56,986 nt of DNA from Blastocatellia bacterium (lineage in GTDB: Bacteria; Acidobacteriota; Blastocatellia; RBC074): assembly GCA_046155425.1 (NCBI GenBank), contig JBJXFM010000096.1, positions 1 to 56,986 on the forward strand, given 5' to 3'. The notes under the pieces are model-generated. The model was not told the DNA's origin. It ran no database searches and was given only the letters and a program-made list of their open reading frames with translations. Below, in pieces: positions 29,660-42,500 of the stretch. Position 1 is the first letter of the stretch, and every line of letters begins with the position of its first letter. The position numbers and the translations under genes are program-made.

Positions 29660-30928
29660 TTACAGAAATGAACCGAAGATGTGGCGGAAGCGCGAGGTCA
29701 GCGAGGAGGTCACGGAGTGCGCGGCGGCGCGGCGCGGTTGTTGTCGCGTGGCGCTGACCAGCGTGCCCTGCGCATGCCGCAGGCCGTGAATCGCCAGGCC
29801 CAGCGCGGTGGCGAAACGCGGGTTGTTGATTTCGTCTTCCGCCGGACCGCCAAAGCCCTCGGGAATGCCCAGACGCACCGGCGCGTCGAAAACCTGTTCG
29901 GCGATCTCGACCATGCCCGTGAGCAGCGCGCCGCCGCCGGTCAGGATCACGCCGCCGGACAGTTGCCGTTCAAATCCCGCGTTTTTGATCTCTTCGTGGA
30001 TGTGCGTGAGGATTTCCTCGGCGCGCGGTTCGAGAATGTCGCTGAGAATCTGTCGTGACAGATCGCGCGGCGCGCGGCCACCGACACTGGGCACCTCGAT
30101 TTTCGCGGCGGCTTCGTCCGGCGTCAGCAGGGGCTGCCATGCGCAGCCATAATCGCATTTGATGCGCTCGGCCTCGGGAATCGGCGTGCGCAGGCCAAAG
30201 GCGATGTCGTTGGTGAAATGATTGCCACCCACCGGAAAGATCGCCGTATGCCAGACCGTGCCGCGCTGATAAATCGACAGGCTGGTTGTTTCGCCGCCGA
30301 TGTTGACCAGCGCCGTGCCGAATTCACGGTCATCGTCGCTGAGCACCGCTTCGGCGGCGGCCAGTTGCGTCAGCGTCATGTCGGCGACCGCCAGCCCGGC
30401 GCGGTTGACACTGGTGATGATGTTCTGCCGCGCGGCGATGGGGCTGGTGACAATGTGCACGGAAACGGCCAGACGCGAACCGAGCATGCCCAGCGGGTCG
30501 CCGATGCCGTCCTGATCATCGACGGTGAATTCCTGGGGAATGACATCGGCGATTTCCCGGCCCGACGAAATGGAAATGGCGCAGGCGGCGTCGATCACGC
30601 GCTGCACATCCTCGGCGCTGATTTCGCGATGACGGCTGGAAACGGCGATCACGCCCTGGCTGTTCTCGCCGCGCGCATGCGCGCCGGACAGGCCGGCGTA
30701 CACTGTCTCGGCGGTCAGACCGGACATCAGCTCGGCGGCCTCAATGGCGCGTTTGATCGATTCCGTGGCCGCCTCGGGATTGACCACCACGCCCTTGCGC
30801 AATCCCCTGGATTCGGTTTCGCCGATGCCGACGACCTCCAGATGATTGTCCACGCTCTCGGCGATCACCGCGCGCACACAGGTTGTTCCGATATCGAGTC
30901 CCGTTACGTGTGAAAGTTGCTTTGCCAT
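29660..30928 (-). CDS. ftsA: Cell division protein FtsA
   Basis: It has the actin-like ATPase motifs GLDIGTT and VNIGGETT. The start is taken at ATG 30928 (MAKQLSH). Confidence 0.95.
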   Translation of the reverse strand: MAKQLSHVTGLDIGTTCVRAVIAESVDNHLEVVGIGETESRGLRKGVVVNPEAATESIKRAIEAAELMSGLTAETVYAGLSGAHARGENSQGVIAVSSRHREISAEDVQRVIDAACAISISSGREIADVIPQEFTVDDQDGIGDPLGMLGSRLAVSVHIVTSPIAARQNIITSVNRAGLAVADMTLTQLAAAEAVLSDDDREFGTALVNIGGETTSLSIYQRGTVWHTAIFPVGGNHFTNDIAFGLRTPIPEAERIKCDYGCAWQPLLTPDEAAAKIEVPSVGGRAPRDLSRQILSDILEPRAEEILTHIHEEIKNAGFERQLSGGVILTGGGALLTGMVEIAEQVFDAPVRLGIPEGFGGPAEDEINNPRFATALGLAIHGLRHAQGTLVSATRQQPRRAAAHSVTSSLTSRFRHIFGSFL

Positions 30929-30996
30929 AAATGCCTCCGTATTTCCCCTCGTGCCCCGTGGCACATTGCCGGCGTTATTTCGCGGGCGGCGAATTC

Positions 30997-32082
30997 CTAT
31001 TCCGCCAGCCCGACATAGATGCGGTCATCCTGCCAGGCCTTGATATATCTGACGCGTCCGTCGGACACGATGCGTTCCGCGTCGCTGACATTGAGCAGGC
31101 GCAACGCCGCGACATCCTTTCTTTCAATGGCGTCCAGCGTGCGCAGCGCCTTTTCGAGGCGCGCGCGAAAATCCTTTTCCCCAAGCATGATGTTCACGGT
31201 CTTGTCGACCAGGCGAACCTGCGCGTCGTTCGGATCATCGAGATTGACCTCGTCGATTTTGCCCGACATCCGCGGCTCGGCGTGGTCAAGGTCGGTCATC
31301 ATTCGCTGATACAGATTCAGGCGCTGGCGGTTGGCATCCAGCGTCGAGAGACTGTCTCCCTCGAGCAGGCCGCCGATGATCGGGGGCATGGGACCGGACA
31401 GGAATTCGTTTTTCAGCGAATTCTCGTCCCCCAGCATGGTCCCGTCGCGGTCCACCCAGACGACCTGGCCACCAGACCGGCGCATCAGCGCGTAAGGTTC
31501 GCGCTCGGTCAGCGTGACGCGCAAGGTGCCCGGCAGCACACGTTCGACATGCGCCTCGCGAATCCACGGATCGCGCAGGACCTCTGTGCGCAAAGCCGCC
31601 AGATCGGCCTGCCACAGGCTTTCCTCGCCGACCTTCTGTTTCAGCATCCGCGTCATGTCTTCCCGCGAAGTGCGCATGGCGCCGTTGATTTCCACCTTTT
31701 TCAGCTGGAAAAACCGCGAGGCCGCGAAGATGCGGTATCCCCAGGCAACGGCCGGCAGCAGCGTGATGATGACAAAGAAAGTAAAGACCGCGATGCGCAG
31801 TTCCGTGCGGTTGCGCTCGATCCACGCGGAAACCGTGGGCGATTTGCGCAGCGAGCTGATCGCGCCTTTCGATAAACGGCGTTCCTGCTCGAGCCCGCGT
31901 GGCTTTCCTTTGGGCGGCGTGATTTTGCCCGTGGTCTGCGCGCGTGGCCGCGTGGGCGTCAGACGTGTGCGCGGCGCCGGCCGTGTGCGTACGGGAGCCG
32001 GCTCGTCGTCATAGGTATACGCCGCGCCGCTTTTTGTTCTGCTGGATGGCATTCCAGGCATGGGACCTCCGAAAAATTGCAA
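30997..32082 (-). CDS. ftsQ: Cell division protein FtsQ (POTRA) with a long R/P/T-rich N-terminal tail
   Basis: It has a single TM ([19 protein letters not shown]), then a POTRA-like [19 protein letters not shown]. Its position between the murB-like ORF and ftsA fits. The exact start is uncertain. Confidence 0.8.
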   Translation of the reverse strand: MQFFGGPMPGMPSSRTKSGAAYTYDDEPAPVRTRPAPRTRLTPTRPRAQTTGKITPPKGKPRGLEQERRLSKGAISSLRKSPTVSAWIERNRTELRIAVFTFFVIITLLPAVAWGYRIFAASRFFQLKKVEINGAMRTSREDMTRMLKQKVGEESLWQADLAALRTEVLRDPWIREAHVERVLPGTLRVTLTEREPYALMRRSGGQVVWVDRDGTMLGDENSLKNEFLSGPMPPIIGGLLEGDSLSTLDANRQRLNLYQRMMTDLDHAEPRMSGKIDEVNLDDPNDAQVRLVDKTVNIMLGEKDFRARLEKALRTLDAIERKDVAALRLLNVSDAERIVSDGRVRYIKAWQDDRIYVGLAE

Positions 32083-32102
32083 ATGAACGTATCAAACAAA
32101 AA

Positions 32103-32939
32103 TCAGACAGCCAGATCACAGACTTCTTCGCTGACATGCGCCGTGGTTTTGAAACCCGGCTCGACGCCGAGCCGCCGCGCGCGGCGCCAGCGTTCGGTTT
32201 CGCGCCGCACCTTGCCGGCGTCGGCGGTTCGCAGCCGCAATGTCGCGGCGAGGACCAGCATTTCCGTCTCTTCTTCCGGCGGGGAAGCCGGGGAAAAGAG
32301 TTTGCGAAACAGCGCATCGCCGCTGTCAATGACCACGGGGTCGCCGCGATGGGCGATGGTGATGTTTTCCACCAGCTTGCGGAACACGGTGGTTTCCGGC
32401 GCGGCGCAGGGTTGCAGCAAACCGCCCAGCCCACCCTCCAGCCCGGCGAAACATTCGAGACCGGACAAACCCGAGGCGGCGGCGATGTCGATCAGCGTTC
32501 TGAGATGACTGCCCGCGTGCGCATGCAGGTACGCGCCGGTGATGCGCGGGGTTTCCCGCAACAGCCGCAGACTGATGACCACCGGCGCGGGCGTTTCCGC
32601 CGTGGCCATCGGGATCATGACGCTGGGGCCGTGTCCGGCGACGCGCCAGCGAAACCCGGCCTGTTCCAGCCGCTGTGTCAGCCGCGCCGCGCCGCTGATG
32701 GTCGCGGGCCAGACCATGGCCGCGAAAGGGCCGCGTGGTTGCAGGCCAGCCAGATGACTGAGGCGCTGCCAGCCACGGCACAGGCTGTCCGTGGCGTGGG
32801 CGATCGCCGCGATTTCCGGCAGACGGTTCGCCGCGCGTGGTGTGTGATTGTGGTCGGCGATTCTCATGCGTAACGGTTGTTGCCTGGCTGAATGGTTTGC
32901 CATGATTTCCATCATCAGGCGCCACGGAGCCACGATCAT
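32103..32939 (-). CDS. MurB-like ORF, motif-degenerate and lacking the C-terminal domain (possible pseudoenzyme or pseudogene)
   Basis: It sits at the syntenic murB position (murC-X-ftsQ). AHAGSHLRTLIDIAAASGLSGLECFAGLEGGLGG aligns by eye to the MurB aGag...gLsGlEf.aGIPGsvGGA block. The GxGSN, MNAGAYG and PSAGSxFKNP-type motifs are not conserved (details in findings). The coding status itself is uncertain. Confidence 0.45.
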   Translation of the reverse strand: MIVAPWRLMMEIMANHSARQQPLRMRIADHNHTPRAANRLPEIAAIAHATDSLCRGWQRLSHLAGLQPRGPFAAMVWPATISGAARLTQRLEQAGFRWRVAGHGPSVMIPMATAETPAPVVISLRLLRETPRITGAYLHAHAGSHLRTLIDIAAASGLSGLECFAGLEGGLGGLLQPCAAPETTVFRKLVENITIAHRGDPVVIDSGDALFRKLFSPASPPEEETEMLVLAATLRLRTADAGKVRRETERWRRARRLGVEPGFKTTAHVSEEVCDLAV

Positions 32940-32955
32940 TTATTCAGAATAAAAA

Positions 32956-32986
32956 CTGGCCACTGGCCATTAGCCACTGGTCACAG
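32956..32986. repeat. Heptad-repeat element B (solo arm: CTGGCCA CTGGCCA TTAGCCA CTGGTCA CAG)
   Basis: Read directly. It lies between the murB-like start and the murC stop (32992). I found no complementary arm in the same spacer. Confidence 0.8.
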
Positions 32987-32991
32987 TTCTT

Positions 32992-34389
<1,398 letters not shown>

Positions 34390-34394
34390 TTTGT

Positions 34395-34509
34395 TAGTGG
34401 TCAGTGGCCGGAAGAAAGTGGCCAGTGGCCAGTTGTCAGTTTCGATACTTGTGGGAGTGTCCTTGTGATCCCGTTTGTTGTTTCCGCGTGTCACTGGCCA
34501 CTGGCCACT
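34395..34509. repeat. Heptad-periodic inverted-repeat element C (GTGGCCA type)
   Basis: The left arm is 34395-34440 and the right arm is 34488-34509. 34417-34433 (AGTGGCCAGTGGCCAGT) is the perfect 17-nt reverse complement of 34493-34509, with a 59-nt loop. The right arm abuts the murG stop codon. Confidence 0.9.
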
Positions 34510-35624
34510 TAAAAAGCAATTCCCGTGGCCAGATCCGCCACGCTGGCGGCGGCGTCGCGGCGCGCCAGTTTGCGGCTGTGCGTGGCCATCGTGCGCAGTT
34601 GCGCGGGGTCGCGCAGCAGTTCGCCGAGTTCGTGGGCCAGCCGCGCGCCGCTGATGTCCTGTTGCAGGATCATGCGGCCGGCCCCGGCGCGCGCGACGGC
34701 TTCGGCGTTTTTGCGCTGGTGATCGTCCGCCGCAAACGGGAAGGGAATCAGCAGCGCGGGGCGTCCCGCCGCCGCCAGTTCCGCCACCGTGGTTGCGCCG
34801 GCGCGGCAGATGACCAGGTCCGCGCGGGCGAATTCGTCGACGATCTTTTCGATAAAGGGTTTGACCTCGGCATTGATCCCATGTTGCTGATGTTGCTGAT
34901 AGGCCGCGCGGACACGTTCGAAATCCTTTTCGCCCGTCTGGTGCGTGATCGTGCAGCGCGCGCCGTTTTGTTCGAGCAAGGGCAGCGCATCCATCATCGC
35001 TTCGTTGATCGCGCGCGCGCCCTGACTGCCGCCGGTCAGCAGGATGTGCGGCAAATCGCCCGGCGCGGCGTTTTTGTCCGCTATGTCAAAAAACTCAGCG
35101 CGCACCGGATTGCCCGTGATCACCGCCTTGTCGCCGAAAAACGCCCGCGCCTCGGTGAACGATACGGCGGCGGCGCGGACAAAACGCGCGAGGCGGCGGT
35201 TGGTGAACCCCGGCAACGCATTCTGCTCGGCGATCATTGTGGGAATGCCGGAGAACGCCGCCGCCAGCACCATCGGGCCCGAGGCGTAACCACCCACGCC
35301 AATCACCACCTGCGGCTTGTATTTCCGCAACAGCCGGCGCGCGGTCAGCCCGCCGGCGGGCAACAGGGCCAGCGATCGCAGGCGTTTCAGCAGACTGACA
35401 CCCTTAAGCGCCGCGACTTCGATCAGCTCGAGGCGAAAGCCCTCGCGCGGAACGATTCTGGTTTCCAGCCCGCGCGCCGTGCCCACAAAAACGACTTCGC
35501 AGTCCGGATTGCGCCGCCGGAATTCCTGGGCGATGGCAATGCCGGGATAAATATGTCCGCCGGTGCCGCCACCAGCGATGATGGCCCGGCTGATGGTTTT
35601 GCCAGCGGCGCGTGTGTCAGGCAT
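34509..35624 (-). CDS. murG: Lipid II glycosyltransferase MurG
   Basis: It has the [14 protein letters not shown] motif. The start is at ATG 35622-35624, overlapping the ftsW stop as ATGA. The upstream part of the track ORF lies inside ftsW. Confidence 0.95.
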   Translation of the reverse strand: MPDTRAAGKTISRAIIAGGGTGGHIYPGIAIAQEFRRRNPDCEVVFVGTARGLETRIVPREGFRLELIEVAALKGVSLLKRLRSLALLPAGGLTARRLLRKYKPQVVIGVGGYASGPMVLAAAFSGIPTMIAEQNALPGFTNRRLARFVRAAAVSFTEARAFFGDKAVITGNPVRAEFFDIADKNAAPGDLPHILLTGGSQGARAINEAMMDALPLLEQNGARCTITHQTGEKDFERVRAAYQQHQQHGINAEVKPFIEKIVDEFARADLVICRAGATTVAELAAAGRPALLIPFPFAADDHQRKNAEAVARAGAGRMILQQDISGARLAHELGELLRDPAQLRTMATHSRKLARRDAAASVADLATGIAF

Positions 35625-36772
35625 CACTCGTACTTTCTCCTGCCGTATCGCGAGATGTTCAGCAGGATACCGACCGCCGCCAGGGCGAACAGCAGTGAAG
35701 AGCCGCCCGCGCTGACAAAAGGCATCGGGATTCCCTTGTTGGGCAGCAGGCTGACGACCACGCTCATATTGAAAAACGCCTGCGTGACCAGCATCACCGT
35801 CAGCCCCAGGGCCAGCAGCTGGCCGAAATAATCCGGCGCGCGGCGGCTGATCAGAAAGCCGCGCCACAGAATGAAGCCAAAGGCGAGGACCACCGCGACC
35901 GTGCCGATAAAGCCCAGCTCCTCGCCGATCACCGCGAAGATGAAATCCGAATGCGGTTCCGGCAGGTACAGCAGTTTCTGCCGTCCGCCGCCAAGGCCAA
36001 GGCCGGACCAGCCACCCGAACCGATGGCGATCAGCGCCTGCAATATCTGAAAGCCCTTGCCGCGCGGATCGGCCTCGGGATCAAAGAAGGCGGTGATGCG
36101 GTCCATGCGCCAGCCAACGCGGAAGATGTAAAAGTACGCGCCGATCGCGGCCAATGGCAGGAACATCAGCAGGTGCCGGAATTTCGCGCCCACTGAAAAG
36201 AGCATCACGACGAGGATCACGCCGAGCATGATGGTTGTGCCGAGATCGGGTTGCCGCAGGACCATGATGGCCAGCACACCGGTCATGGCCGCCGCCGGCG
36301 CGACTGTCAGCCAGAAATACCCGATCTCTTCATCCTGTAGCTTGAGCGTCAGGAACCTCGCGAGAAACAGGATCAGGACGATTTTCGCCAGCTCGGCGGG
36401 TTGCACGGACAACATGCCGCCGAGGCTGAGCCAGCGTTGCGCGCCGTTGCGCGGGGGAAAGAAAAATACGCCGATCAGCAGCAGGATCGTGATGATCATC
36501 AGCCCGTACACCAGCTCGGCGCGCCAGTACAGTTCGTAATCGACCTTGGTCAGAATGAACATGACGATCAGGCCGATGCCCAGCCAGGCGGCCTGCCGCA
36601 CCATGAAATAACTCGAACTGCGGAATCGTTCGGCCGCCAGATAGCCGGAAGCGCTGTACACCATGACCAGCCCGAAAATCGACAGGGCGATGACGGTGAA
36701 CGTCAGCCAGCCGTCAAAACGCACGTCCAGCAATGATTCAAAAAATCCTCTCGACTCGCTTTCTTCCGACAT
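35624..36772 (-). CDS. ftsW: SEDS-family peptidoglycan polymerase FtsW
   Basis: 382 aa and polytopic. It has SEDS motifs ([37 protein letters not shown]). Confidence 0.95.
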   Translation of the reverse strand: MSEESESRGFFESLLDVRFDGWLTFTVIALSIFGLVMVYSASGYLAAERFRSSSYFMVRQAAWLGIGLIVMFILTKVDYELYWRAELVYGLMIITILLLIGVFFFPPRNGAQRWLSLGGMLSVQPAELAKIVLILFLARFLTLKLQDEEIGYFWLTVAPAAAMTGVLAIMVLRQPDLGTTIMLGVILVVMLFSVGAKFRHLLMFLPLAAIGAYFYIFRVGWRMDRITAFFDPEADPRGKGFQILQALIAIGSGGWSGLGLGGGRQKLLYLPEPHSDFIFAVIGEELGFIGTVAVVLAFGFILWRGFLISRRAPDYFGQLLALGLTVMLVTQAFFNMSVVVSLLPNKGIPMPFVSAGGSSLLFALAAVGILLNISRYGRRKYE

Positions 36773-36801
36773 GGAACACCTCCGTGAAACCGGCGCGACG
36801 C

Positions 36802-38169
36802 CTATCCGGCCGCGCGTTCATCCGACAGCGCGAGGGCCGCCGCCTTGAAAACCCTGCCGCGATGCTCGTAATTCTCGAACATATCGAAACTGGCGCAGGC
36901 CGGCGCCAGCAATACCGTGTCGCCCGCCCGCGCGAGCCCAGATCCCATGCGCACGGCGTCCTCCATCGTCGTCGCGCGATGCAGGGGAACCGTGCCTGTC
37001 AGCGCCGCGCCGATCTTGTCCGCCGCCGCGCCGATGAGAATCGCCTGGCGGCAACGCGCGCGGACCAGGGGCGCGAGCGGCGTGAAATCACCGCCCTTGT
37101 CCTTGCCGCCGAAAATCGGGATCAGACCGGAGGGGAACGCCTCCAGGGACTTGATCGCCGCGTCAACATTGGTCGCCTTGGAATCGTTGTAAAACTGCAC
37201 GCCGTTGATGTCCGTCACGAACTCCAGGCGATGCTCGACACCGCGAAAGGCGCGGATGGTTTCGCGCATCGATGCCGGGGCCGCGCCGCAGGCCAGCCCG
37301 ACGGCCAGCGCCGACATGACATTTTCCAGATTGTGATCGCCGCGCAATCCGATGTCCGCGCGCCGCAGCAAGACTTTTTCCGTCCCGTTCGCGCGGCTGA
37401 TGATCGCGTCGCCGCGCCGGAAAATGCCTTCGTCAAGTTCCTGCTCGCGGCTGAAAAATACACAGGTCGCGCCGATGGCGCTTTGCATCGCCGCGACACG
37501 CGCGTCGTCGGCGTTGAGCACGGCGAGGTCCTCGCGCGTCTGGTTGCGAAAGATGCGCTGTTTGGCCGCGGCGTAAGCCTCCAGCGAATCGTAACGGTCC
37601 AGATGATCCGGCGTGATGTTCAGCAACACCGCCGCGAACAGCCGCAGTGTATCGACGGCTTCGAGCTGAAAACTGGACAATTCAATAACCGTGAATCCGT
37701 TGTCGGAGGAACTGTCGGCCAGCGAGATCAGCGGTGTGCCGATGTTGCCGCCGACCTGAGTGGGCAAACCGGCGTTTTGCAACAACTCGCCGATCAGTGT
37801 GGTGGTCGTGGTTTTGCCATTCGACCCGGTGACGCCGATCAGACGGCCGCGCAGGAAACGCGCGGCCAGCTCGATTTCACTGATGATCTCGACACCCGCC
37901 GCCGCCGCGCGGCGAAAGGGTTCCAGCGCCAGCGGCACGCCCGGGCTGGTGACGATCAGGTCCGCGCTTGTAAACAGTTCAACCGGATGCGATCCCGCGA
38001 CAACCCTGGCGCCCGCTGCTGTTAAGGCGACGAGCGCGGCGGGCAATTCGCTTGCCGGTTTGTTGTCATTGACCGTTACCTGCGCGCCACGCGCCAGCAG
38101 GAACCCGGCGGCCGCCAGACCGCTGCGCGCCGCGCCCACCACCAGAATGTTTTTTCCGCGCAGTGCCAT
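36802..38169 (-). CDS. murD: UDP-N-acetylmuramoylalanine--D-glutamate ligase
   Basis: The start is taken at ATG 38169 ([17 protein letters not shown]), preceded by AAGGGAG. It has [12 protein letters not shown]. The track ORF extends upstream into mraY. Confidence 0.95.
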   Translation of the reverse strand: MALRGKNILVVGAARSGLAAAGFLLARGAQVTVNDNKPASELPAALVALTAAGARVVAGSHPVELFTSADLIVTSPGVPLALEPFRRAAAAGVEIISEIELAARFLRGRLIGVTGSNGKTTTTTLIGELLQNAGLPTQVGGNIGTPLISLADSSSDNGFTVIELSSFQLEAVDTLRLFAAVLLNITPDHLDRYDSLEAYAAAKQRIFRNQTREDLAVLNADDARVAAMQSAIGATCVFFSREQELDEGIFRRGDAIISRANGTEKVLLRRADIGLRGDHNLENVMSALAVGLACGAAPASMRETIRAFRGVEHRLEFVTDINGVQFYNDSKATNVDAAIKSLEAFPSGLIPIFGGKDKGGDFTPLAPLVRARCRQAILIGAAADKIGAALTGTVPLHRATTMEDAVRMGSGLARAGDTVLLAPACASFDMFENYEHRGRVFKAAALALSDERAAG

Positions 38170-38183
38170 CTGGCTCCCTTCGT

Positions 38184-39290
38184 TTATCGCAGTTTCAGCG
38201 TGGACAGGCTCAGCAGGGCAAACATGATGGCGACGATCAGAAAGCGAAAGACGACCTTGGATTCCTTCCAGCCCAGCAGCTCGAAATGGTGGTGGATCGG
38301 AGCCATCTTGAAGACGCGTTTGCGCGTCAGCTTGAACGACGTCACCTGGATGATCACGGACAGCGCTTCGATGACGAACACACCGCCGATCAGCCCGAGC
38401 AGCAGTTCCTGTTTGATCATGACGGCCATGGCCCCCAGCGTGCCGCCGATGCCAAGGCTGCCGACATCGCCCATGAACACATCGGCGGGCGGCGCATTGA
38501 ACCACAGGAAACCCAGACTCGCGCCGATCAGCGCGCCGCCCAGAATCGTCAGCTCCCAGATGCCCGGTGTATGCACGATGTCGAGGTAATCGGCGAATTT
38601 CACGTGTCCGGTGACATAGGTGATCGCCGTCAGCGTCGAGGCGGCGACAAGGGTCACGCTGATCGCCAGTCCGTCCAGCCCGTCCGTCAGATTCACGGCG
38701 TTCGACGCGCCGACGAGGATGAACAGGACGATACCCAGCCAGGCCAGGCGCGGCAGTTCCGGGTTGAAGGTCTTGAAAAACGGGACGCTCAGCACGGGCC
38801 GGAAATCGGGTGTCCAGAAAAACAGCATCGCCCAGATGATCAGTGAGGCGGCCAGCAGGCCGGCCATCTTTTGCCGGGCGGTCAGGCCCAGGTTGCGTTT
38901 GTGTTTGATCTTCAGGAAATCATCCAGAAATCCCACCGTGCCAAAACTGACCATCGCGAATATGCCGATCCAGACGTAATGGTTGCGCAGATTGGCCCAG
39001 AGCAGTGTCGAGATCAGAATCGACGCGAGGATCAGCACGCCGCCCATGGTCGGGGTGCCGCGTTTGGCCTGGTGCGAGGCGGGGCCTTCCTCGCGGATCT
39101 CCTGGCCGAATTTGAACTCGCGCAGTTTGCGGATCACCAGCGGCCCGAACATCAGGCTGATCATCAGCGCCGTGATCGTCGCGTACGCCGTCCGGAACGT
39201 GACGTACTGAAATACGTTCAGGACACGCAGGATCGGGTATTGCGCGCGCAGCTGTTCGTGCAGCAGTTCGTAAAACAGGTAGTAGAACAT
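38184..39290 (-). CDS. mraY: Phospho-N-acetylmuramoyl-pentapeptide transferase
   Basis: 368 aa. It has Kx[20 protein letters not shown] and HHHFE motifs. Confidence 0.97.
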   Translation of the reverse strand: MFYYLFYELLHEQLRAQYPILRVLNVFQYVTFRTAYATITALMISLMFGPLVIRKLREFKFGQEIREEGPASHQAKRGTPTMGGVLILASILISTLLWANLRNHYVWIGIFAMVSFGTVGFLDDFLKIKHKRNLGLTARQKMAGLLAASLIIWAMLFFWTPDFRPVLSVPFFKTFNPELPRLAWLGIVLFILVGASNAVNLTDGLDGLAISVTLVAASTLTAITYVTGHVKFADYLDIVHTPGIWELTILGGALIGASLGFLWFNAPPADVFMGDVGSLGIGGTLGAMAVMIKQELLLGLIGGVFVIEALSVIIQVTSFKLTRKRVFKMAPIHHHFELLGWKESKVVFRFLIVAIMFALLSLSTLKLR

Positions 39291-39305
39291 CTGTCCGTTC
39301 GTTCG

Positions 39306-40811
39306 TTATTTGTTTTCAGATAGCAGACGACACGACCTGAAGACATCGCTTTTCGGGTGAATCCCGCTTTCATCCGGGGATCCGGCAAAAACCTCGCGCA
39401 ACTTCGCCACCGTCTTTTCCGTGCGCACGCCGCGTGATCCCTTGACGAGGATCAGATCGCCGGGGCGTGATTCGGCGGCCAGCAATTCACCGGCTTTCTC
39501 GGGTGTTTCGACAAACAGGGCCTGGTTGGCGAAACGTGTATCGGTTTCCGCGGCCCCCGCGACCAGTTCGCGCGCGAGGCCACGCACGCCGATGACGCGG
39601 TCCACGCCGGCGCGCGCAATGTCGCGGCCGGCCTGGCGGTGCAGCGCGGCGCCCTGCTCCCCCAGTTCCAGCATTTCCCCGGCGACAACGATGCGGCGCG
39701 TGAACCCGGGCGCGGCGGCCATGCCCCGCACCGCTTCGATCAGCGCCTGCGGATTCGAATTGTATGAATCGTCGATCACCGTCACGCCGCCCGCGAAACG
39801 ATGTATCTCACCGCGCATTTTCGAGGGCGCCGCCGTCGCGAGGCGCGCGGCGATCGTTTGCGCCGATAAACCGAAATGATGTCCGACCGCCGCCGCCGCC
39901 AGCGCGTTGTATACATTGTGCCGCCCGATCAGCGGCAGGGTGACAGCCACAGCGCCCGCCGGGGTTTGCAACAGAAAGTTTGTCCCGCCCAGATCGGCCG
40001 CCGGTTGTATATCAGTGGCGCGGATGTTCGCGGCCGGGTCGTCGATGCCGAACAGGATCACGCCGATGTCGTCGCGGCGCGTGGCCATTTCGCGGACCAG
40101 CGGGTCGTCGGCGTTCAGCACGGCCACGCCGCCCGTGGTCAGCCCGTCGACGATTTCCGCCTTGGCGCGGGCAATGGCCGTTTGCGAGCCAAAGAACTCG
40201 ATGTGCGCCGTGCCGACGTTGCCGACCACGGCGACGGAGGGCTGCGCGATTTCGGTCAGGCGCATGATTTCGCCATACGAGTTCATGCCCATTTCCAGCA
40301 CGGCGAGATCGTAATCACCGGGTTTCGCGCCGCCGCTGATCATCCGGCCGACGGTCAGCGGCAATCCATAACCAGTGTTCAGATTGCCGAGCGATTTGAA
40401 CACGCGCCCGGCGGGTTCGAGGACATGCGCGGTGATGTCCTTGATCGTGGTCTTGCCCGCGCTGCCGGTGACGCCAACCACGGGATGGCCCCACGCGGCC
40501 AGCACGCGCGCGGCCATCTGCTGGCTGGCGGCGGTGGTGTCCGTGACGAACAGCAAACGGTCGCGATAACTGCTCAGGTTCGTGGCGAAAGGCAGACGTT
40601 TGTGCGTGACCAGCGCCGCGCATGCGCCGCGATCCAGGACATCCATGACGAACCGATGTCCGTCCACCTGCTCGCCGGGAATGGCCAGAAAAAAATCGCC
40701 GGGCCGCAGTGTGCGCGAATCGAGCGTAAAACCAGCGGGTTCCACGCCCGCCAGTTCACTGGTGAGGGTATGACTTGCGCCACACAGCTTTGCGATTTCG
40801 TGCAATGTCAT
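39306..40811 (-). CDS. murF: UDP-N-acetylmuramoyl-tripeptide--D-alanyl-D-alanine ligase
   Basis: It has [11 protein letters not shown]. The start is taken at ATG 40811 ([11 protein letters not shown]). The 21 upstream track codons read through repeat element D. Confidence 0.93.
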   Translation of the reverse strand: MTLHEIAKLCGASHTLTSELAGVEPAGFTLDSRTLRPGDFFLAIPGEQVDGHRFVMDVLDRGACAALVTHKRLPFATNLSSYRDRLLFVTDTTAASQQMAARVLAAWGHPVVGVTGSAGKTTIKDITAHVLEPAGRVFKSLGNLNTGYGLPLTVGRMISGGAKPGDYDLAVLEMGMNSYGEIMRLTEIAQPSVAVVGNVGTAHIEFFGSQTAIARAKAEIVDGLTTGGVAVLNADDPLVREMATRRDDIGVILFGIDDPAANIRATDIQPAADLGGTNFLLQTPAGAVAVTLPLIGRHNVYNALAAAAVGHHFGLSAQTIAARLATAAPSKMRGEIHRFAGGVTVIDDSYNSNPQALIEAVRGMAAAPGFTRRIVVAGEMLELGEQGAALHRQAGRDIARAGVDRVIGVRGLARELVAGAAETDTRFANQALFVETPEKAGELLAAESRPGDLILVKGSRGVRTEKTVAKLREVFAGSPDESGIHPKSDVFRSCRLLSENK

Positions 40812-40831
40812 TAGTATGTCTGTACTTCGTA

Positions 40832-40945
40832 CCCGGTAGCCGGTCGTCGGCAGGCGCCGCCAGTGTTGTACCAAACGTCGTTTGCACGTGGAGGAAAGTA
40901 GTTGACGAGACTACTTCGACTGCCAGCGACCGGCTACCGGCTACC
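40832..40945. repeat. Heptad-periodic inverted-repeat element D (GTAGCCG/GTCGTCG type)
   Basis: The left arm 40832-40853 reads CCGGTAG CCGGTCG TCGGCAG. The right arm 40920-40945 reads CTGCCAG CGACCGG CTACCGG CTACC. 40835-40846 is the perfect reverse complement of 40927-40938 (12 bp), with an 80-nt loop. The right arm overlaps the murE stop codon. Confidence 0.85.
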
Positions 40946-42491
40946 TCTCCTGTCTCCTGCGTTTCAGGGCATCAATGGCGACCTCGCGGTCGTCGAAGTG
41001 AATCTTTCCGGTAGCGAGAATCTGATAGGTTTCGTGGCCTTTTCCCGCCAGCAATACCAGATCGCCGGGTTGCGCCATGGCGATGGCGCGAGCAATGGCG
41101 GCGGCGCGATCAACCAGCATTTCATAGGCGGCGCCAGTGGGTTGCAGGCCAGGTTCGATGTCGGCGAGGATCGCCGCCGGGTCCTCGCCGCGCGGGTTGT
41201 CCGAGGTGGCGATGACGTAATCGCTCAGCTCACCGGCGACCTTGCCCATCAGCGGGCGCTTGGTTTTGTCACGGTCGCCGCCGCAGCCGAACACGGTGAT
41301 GACATAAGCGCCGGTTTTCTCGACGGCCGCGCGCGCGGTGCGCAGGACATTCAGCAGGGCGTCCGGCGTATGCGCGTAATCGACGATTACGGTGATGTCG
41401 TCGCCAGGACCGCTGGCGCGTTCGAAACGCCCGGACACGAGGCGGCAGGCGGCGATGCCGCGCGCGATCGTTTCGTTGTCAAAACCCAGCGCCTGGCCCA
41501 TGCCAATGGCGCACAGGATGTTGTATGCGTGCGGCCGCCCGACGAGGGTGGATTCAACCTCAATCGCGCCGCCCGGCGTGTGCGCGGTGAAGCGCAGGCC
41601 TTCGAGACCGAAATCGCGCGAGGCGGTGGTGATGTCGGCCGCCATGTCCAGCGCATAGGTGATGGCGCGCGGGCCGGCGATGGCGGCGAGCTCGGCGCCG
41701 CGCGGATCGTCGAGATTGATGACGGAATGCGCGGGCGGGGCGGCGAGGTGACCAGCGGCCTCGCCGGAAAACAGACGGCGCTTGACCGCGAAGTACTCTT
41801 CCATCGTCTGGTGATAATCCAGATGATCCTGCGTCAGGTTGGTGAACGCGGCAACATGAAAGGTCAGCCCCTCGACACGGCGCAGATCGATGGCGTGCGA
41901 GGACACCTCCATCACGGCGCAGTGCGATCCGGCGGCGACGGCGCGCCGCAGAAAATCCTGAATTTCCGAGGCTTCCGGCGTGGTGAATTCGGCCTCGATT
42001 TCCTGCTCGCCGATGCGGTAACTGATCGTCCCCATCATCGCGGAGACCTGGCCGGCGGCGCGCATGATCGATTCGACCAGGTGCGCGGTCGTTGTTTTGC
42101 CATTGGTGCCGGTGATCCCCGCGAGCTGTAGTTTTTCCGATGGATGCCCGTGCGCGGCCCCGGCGGCAAGACCAAGGGCGGCGCGGGCATCGGCGACCTG
42201 CATCCACACGGCACTGGTGGATGCGGCGCCCTCCGGGGTATGAAAATCGGATGGTACCGGGCGTTCGGAAATCACGGCCACGGCCCCGCGCGCGAGGGCC
42301 TGGGGAATGAAGTCATGCCCGTCATTGCGCGCGCCGCTGATGGCGGCGAAAATTCCGCCGGGCAAGACACGCCGCGAATCGTGCGTGACCACCGGACCCG
42401 CCGGTTCGATGATGGTGTCCAGGGCGGCGGACGACGGCGCGGCCACGCTGATGGCCCGCACACTGTCCGCGATTTCCCTGAGTTTCGGCAT
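40941..42491 (-). CDS. murE: UDP-N-acetylmuramoyl-L-alanyl-D-glutamate--2,6-diaminopimelate ligase
   Basis: 516 aa. It has [11 protein letters not shown] and a DNPR motif ([10 protein letters not shown]). Confidence 0.95.
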   Translation of the reverse strand: MPKLREIADSVRAISVAAPSSAALDTIIEPAGPVVTHDSRRVLPGGIFAAISGARNDGHDFIPQALARGAVAVISERPVPSDFHTPEGAASTSAVWMQVADARAALGLAAGAAHGHPSEKLQLAGITGTNGKTTTAHLVESIMRAAGQVSAMMGTISYRIGEQEIEAEFTTPEASEIQDFLRRAVAAGSHCAVMEVSSHAIDLRRVEGLTFHVAAFTNLTQDHLDYHQTMEEYFAVKRRLFSGEAAGHLAAPPAHSVINLDDPRGAELAAIAGPRAITYALDMAADITTASRDFGLEGLRFTAHTPGGAIEVESTLVGRPHAYNILCAIGMGQALGFDNETIARGIAACRLVSGRFERASGPGDDITVIVDYAHTPDALLNVLRTARAAVEKTGAYVITVFGCGGDRDKTKRPLMGKVAGELSDYVIATSDNPRGEDPAAILADIEPGLQPTGAAYEMLVDRAAAIARAIAMAQPGDLVLLAGKGHETYQILATGKIHFDDREVAIDALKRRRQER

Positions 42492-42500
42492 GCTTTCCCC

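Noticed and set aside
34390-34494. N-terminal extensions of murC, murF (40812-40874), murD (38170-38505), murG (35625-35867) and the M16 gene (20123-20299) in the ORF track.
   Set aside because: The extensions translate repeat elements or the 3' ends of upstream genes. Canonical family N-termini begin at internal ATGs with better spacing or SD sequences.
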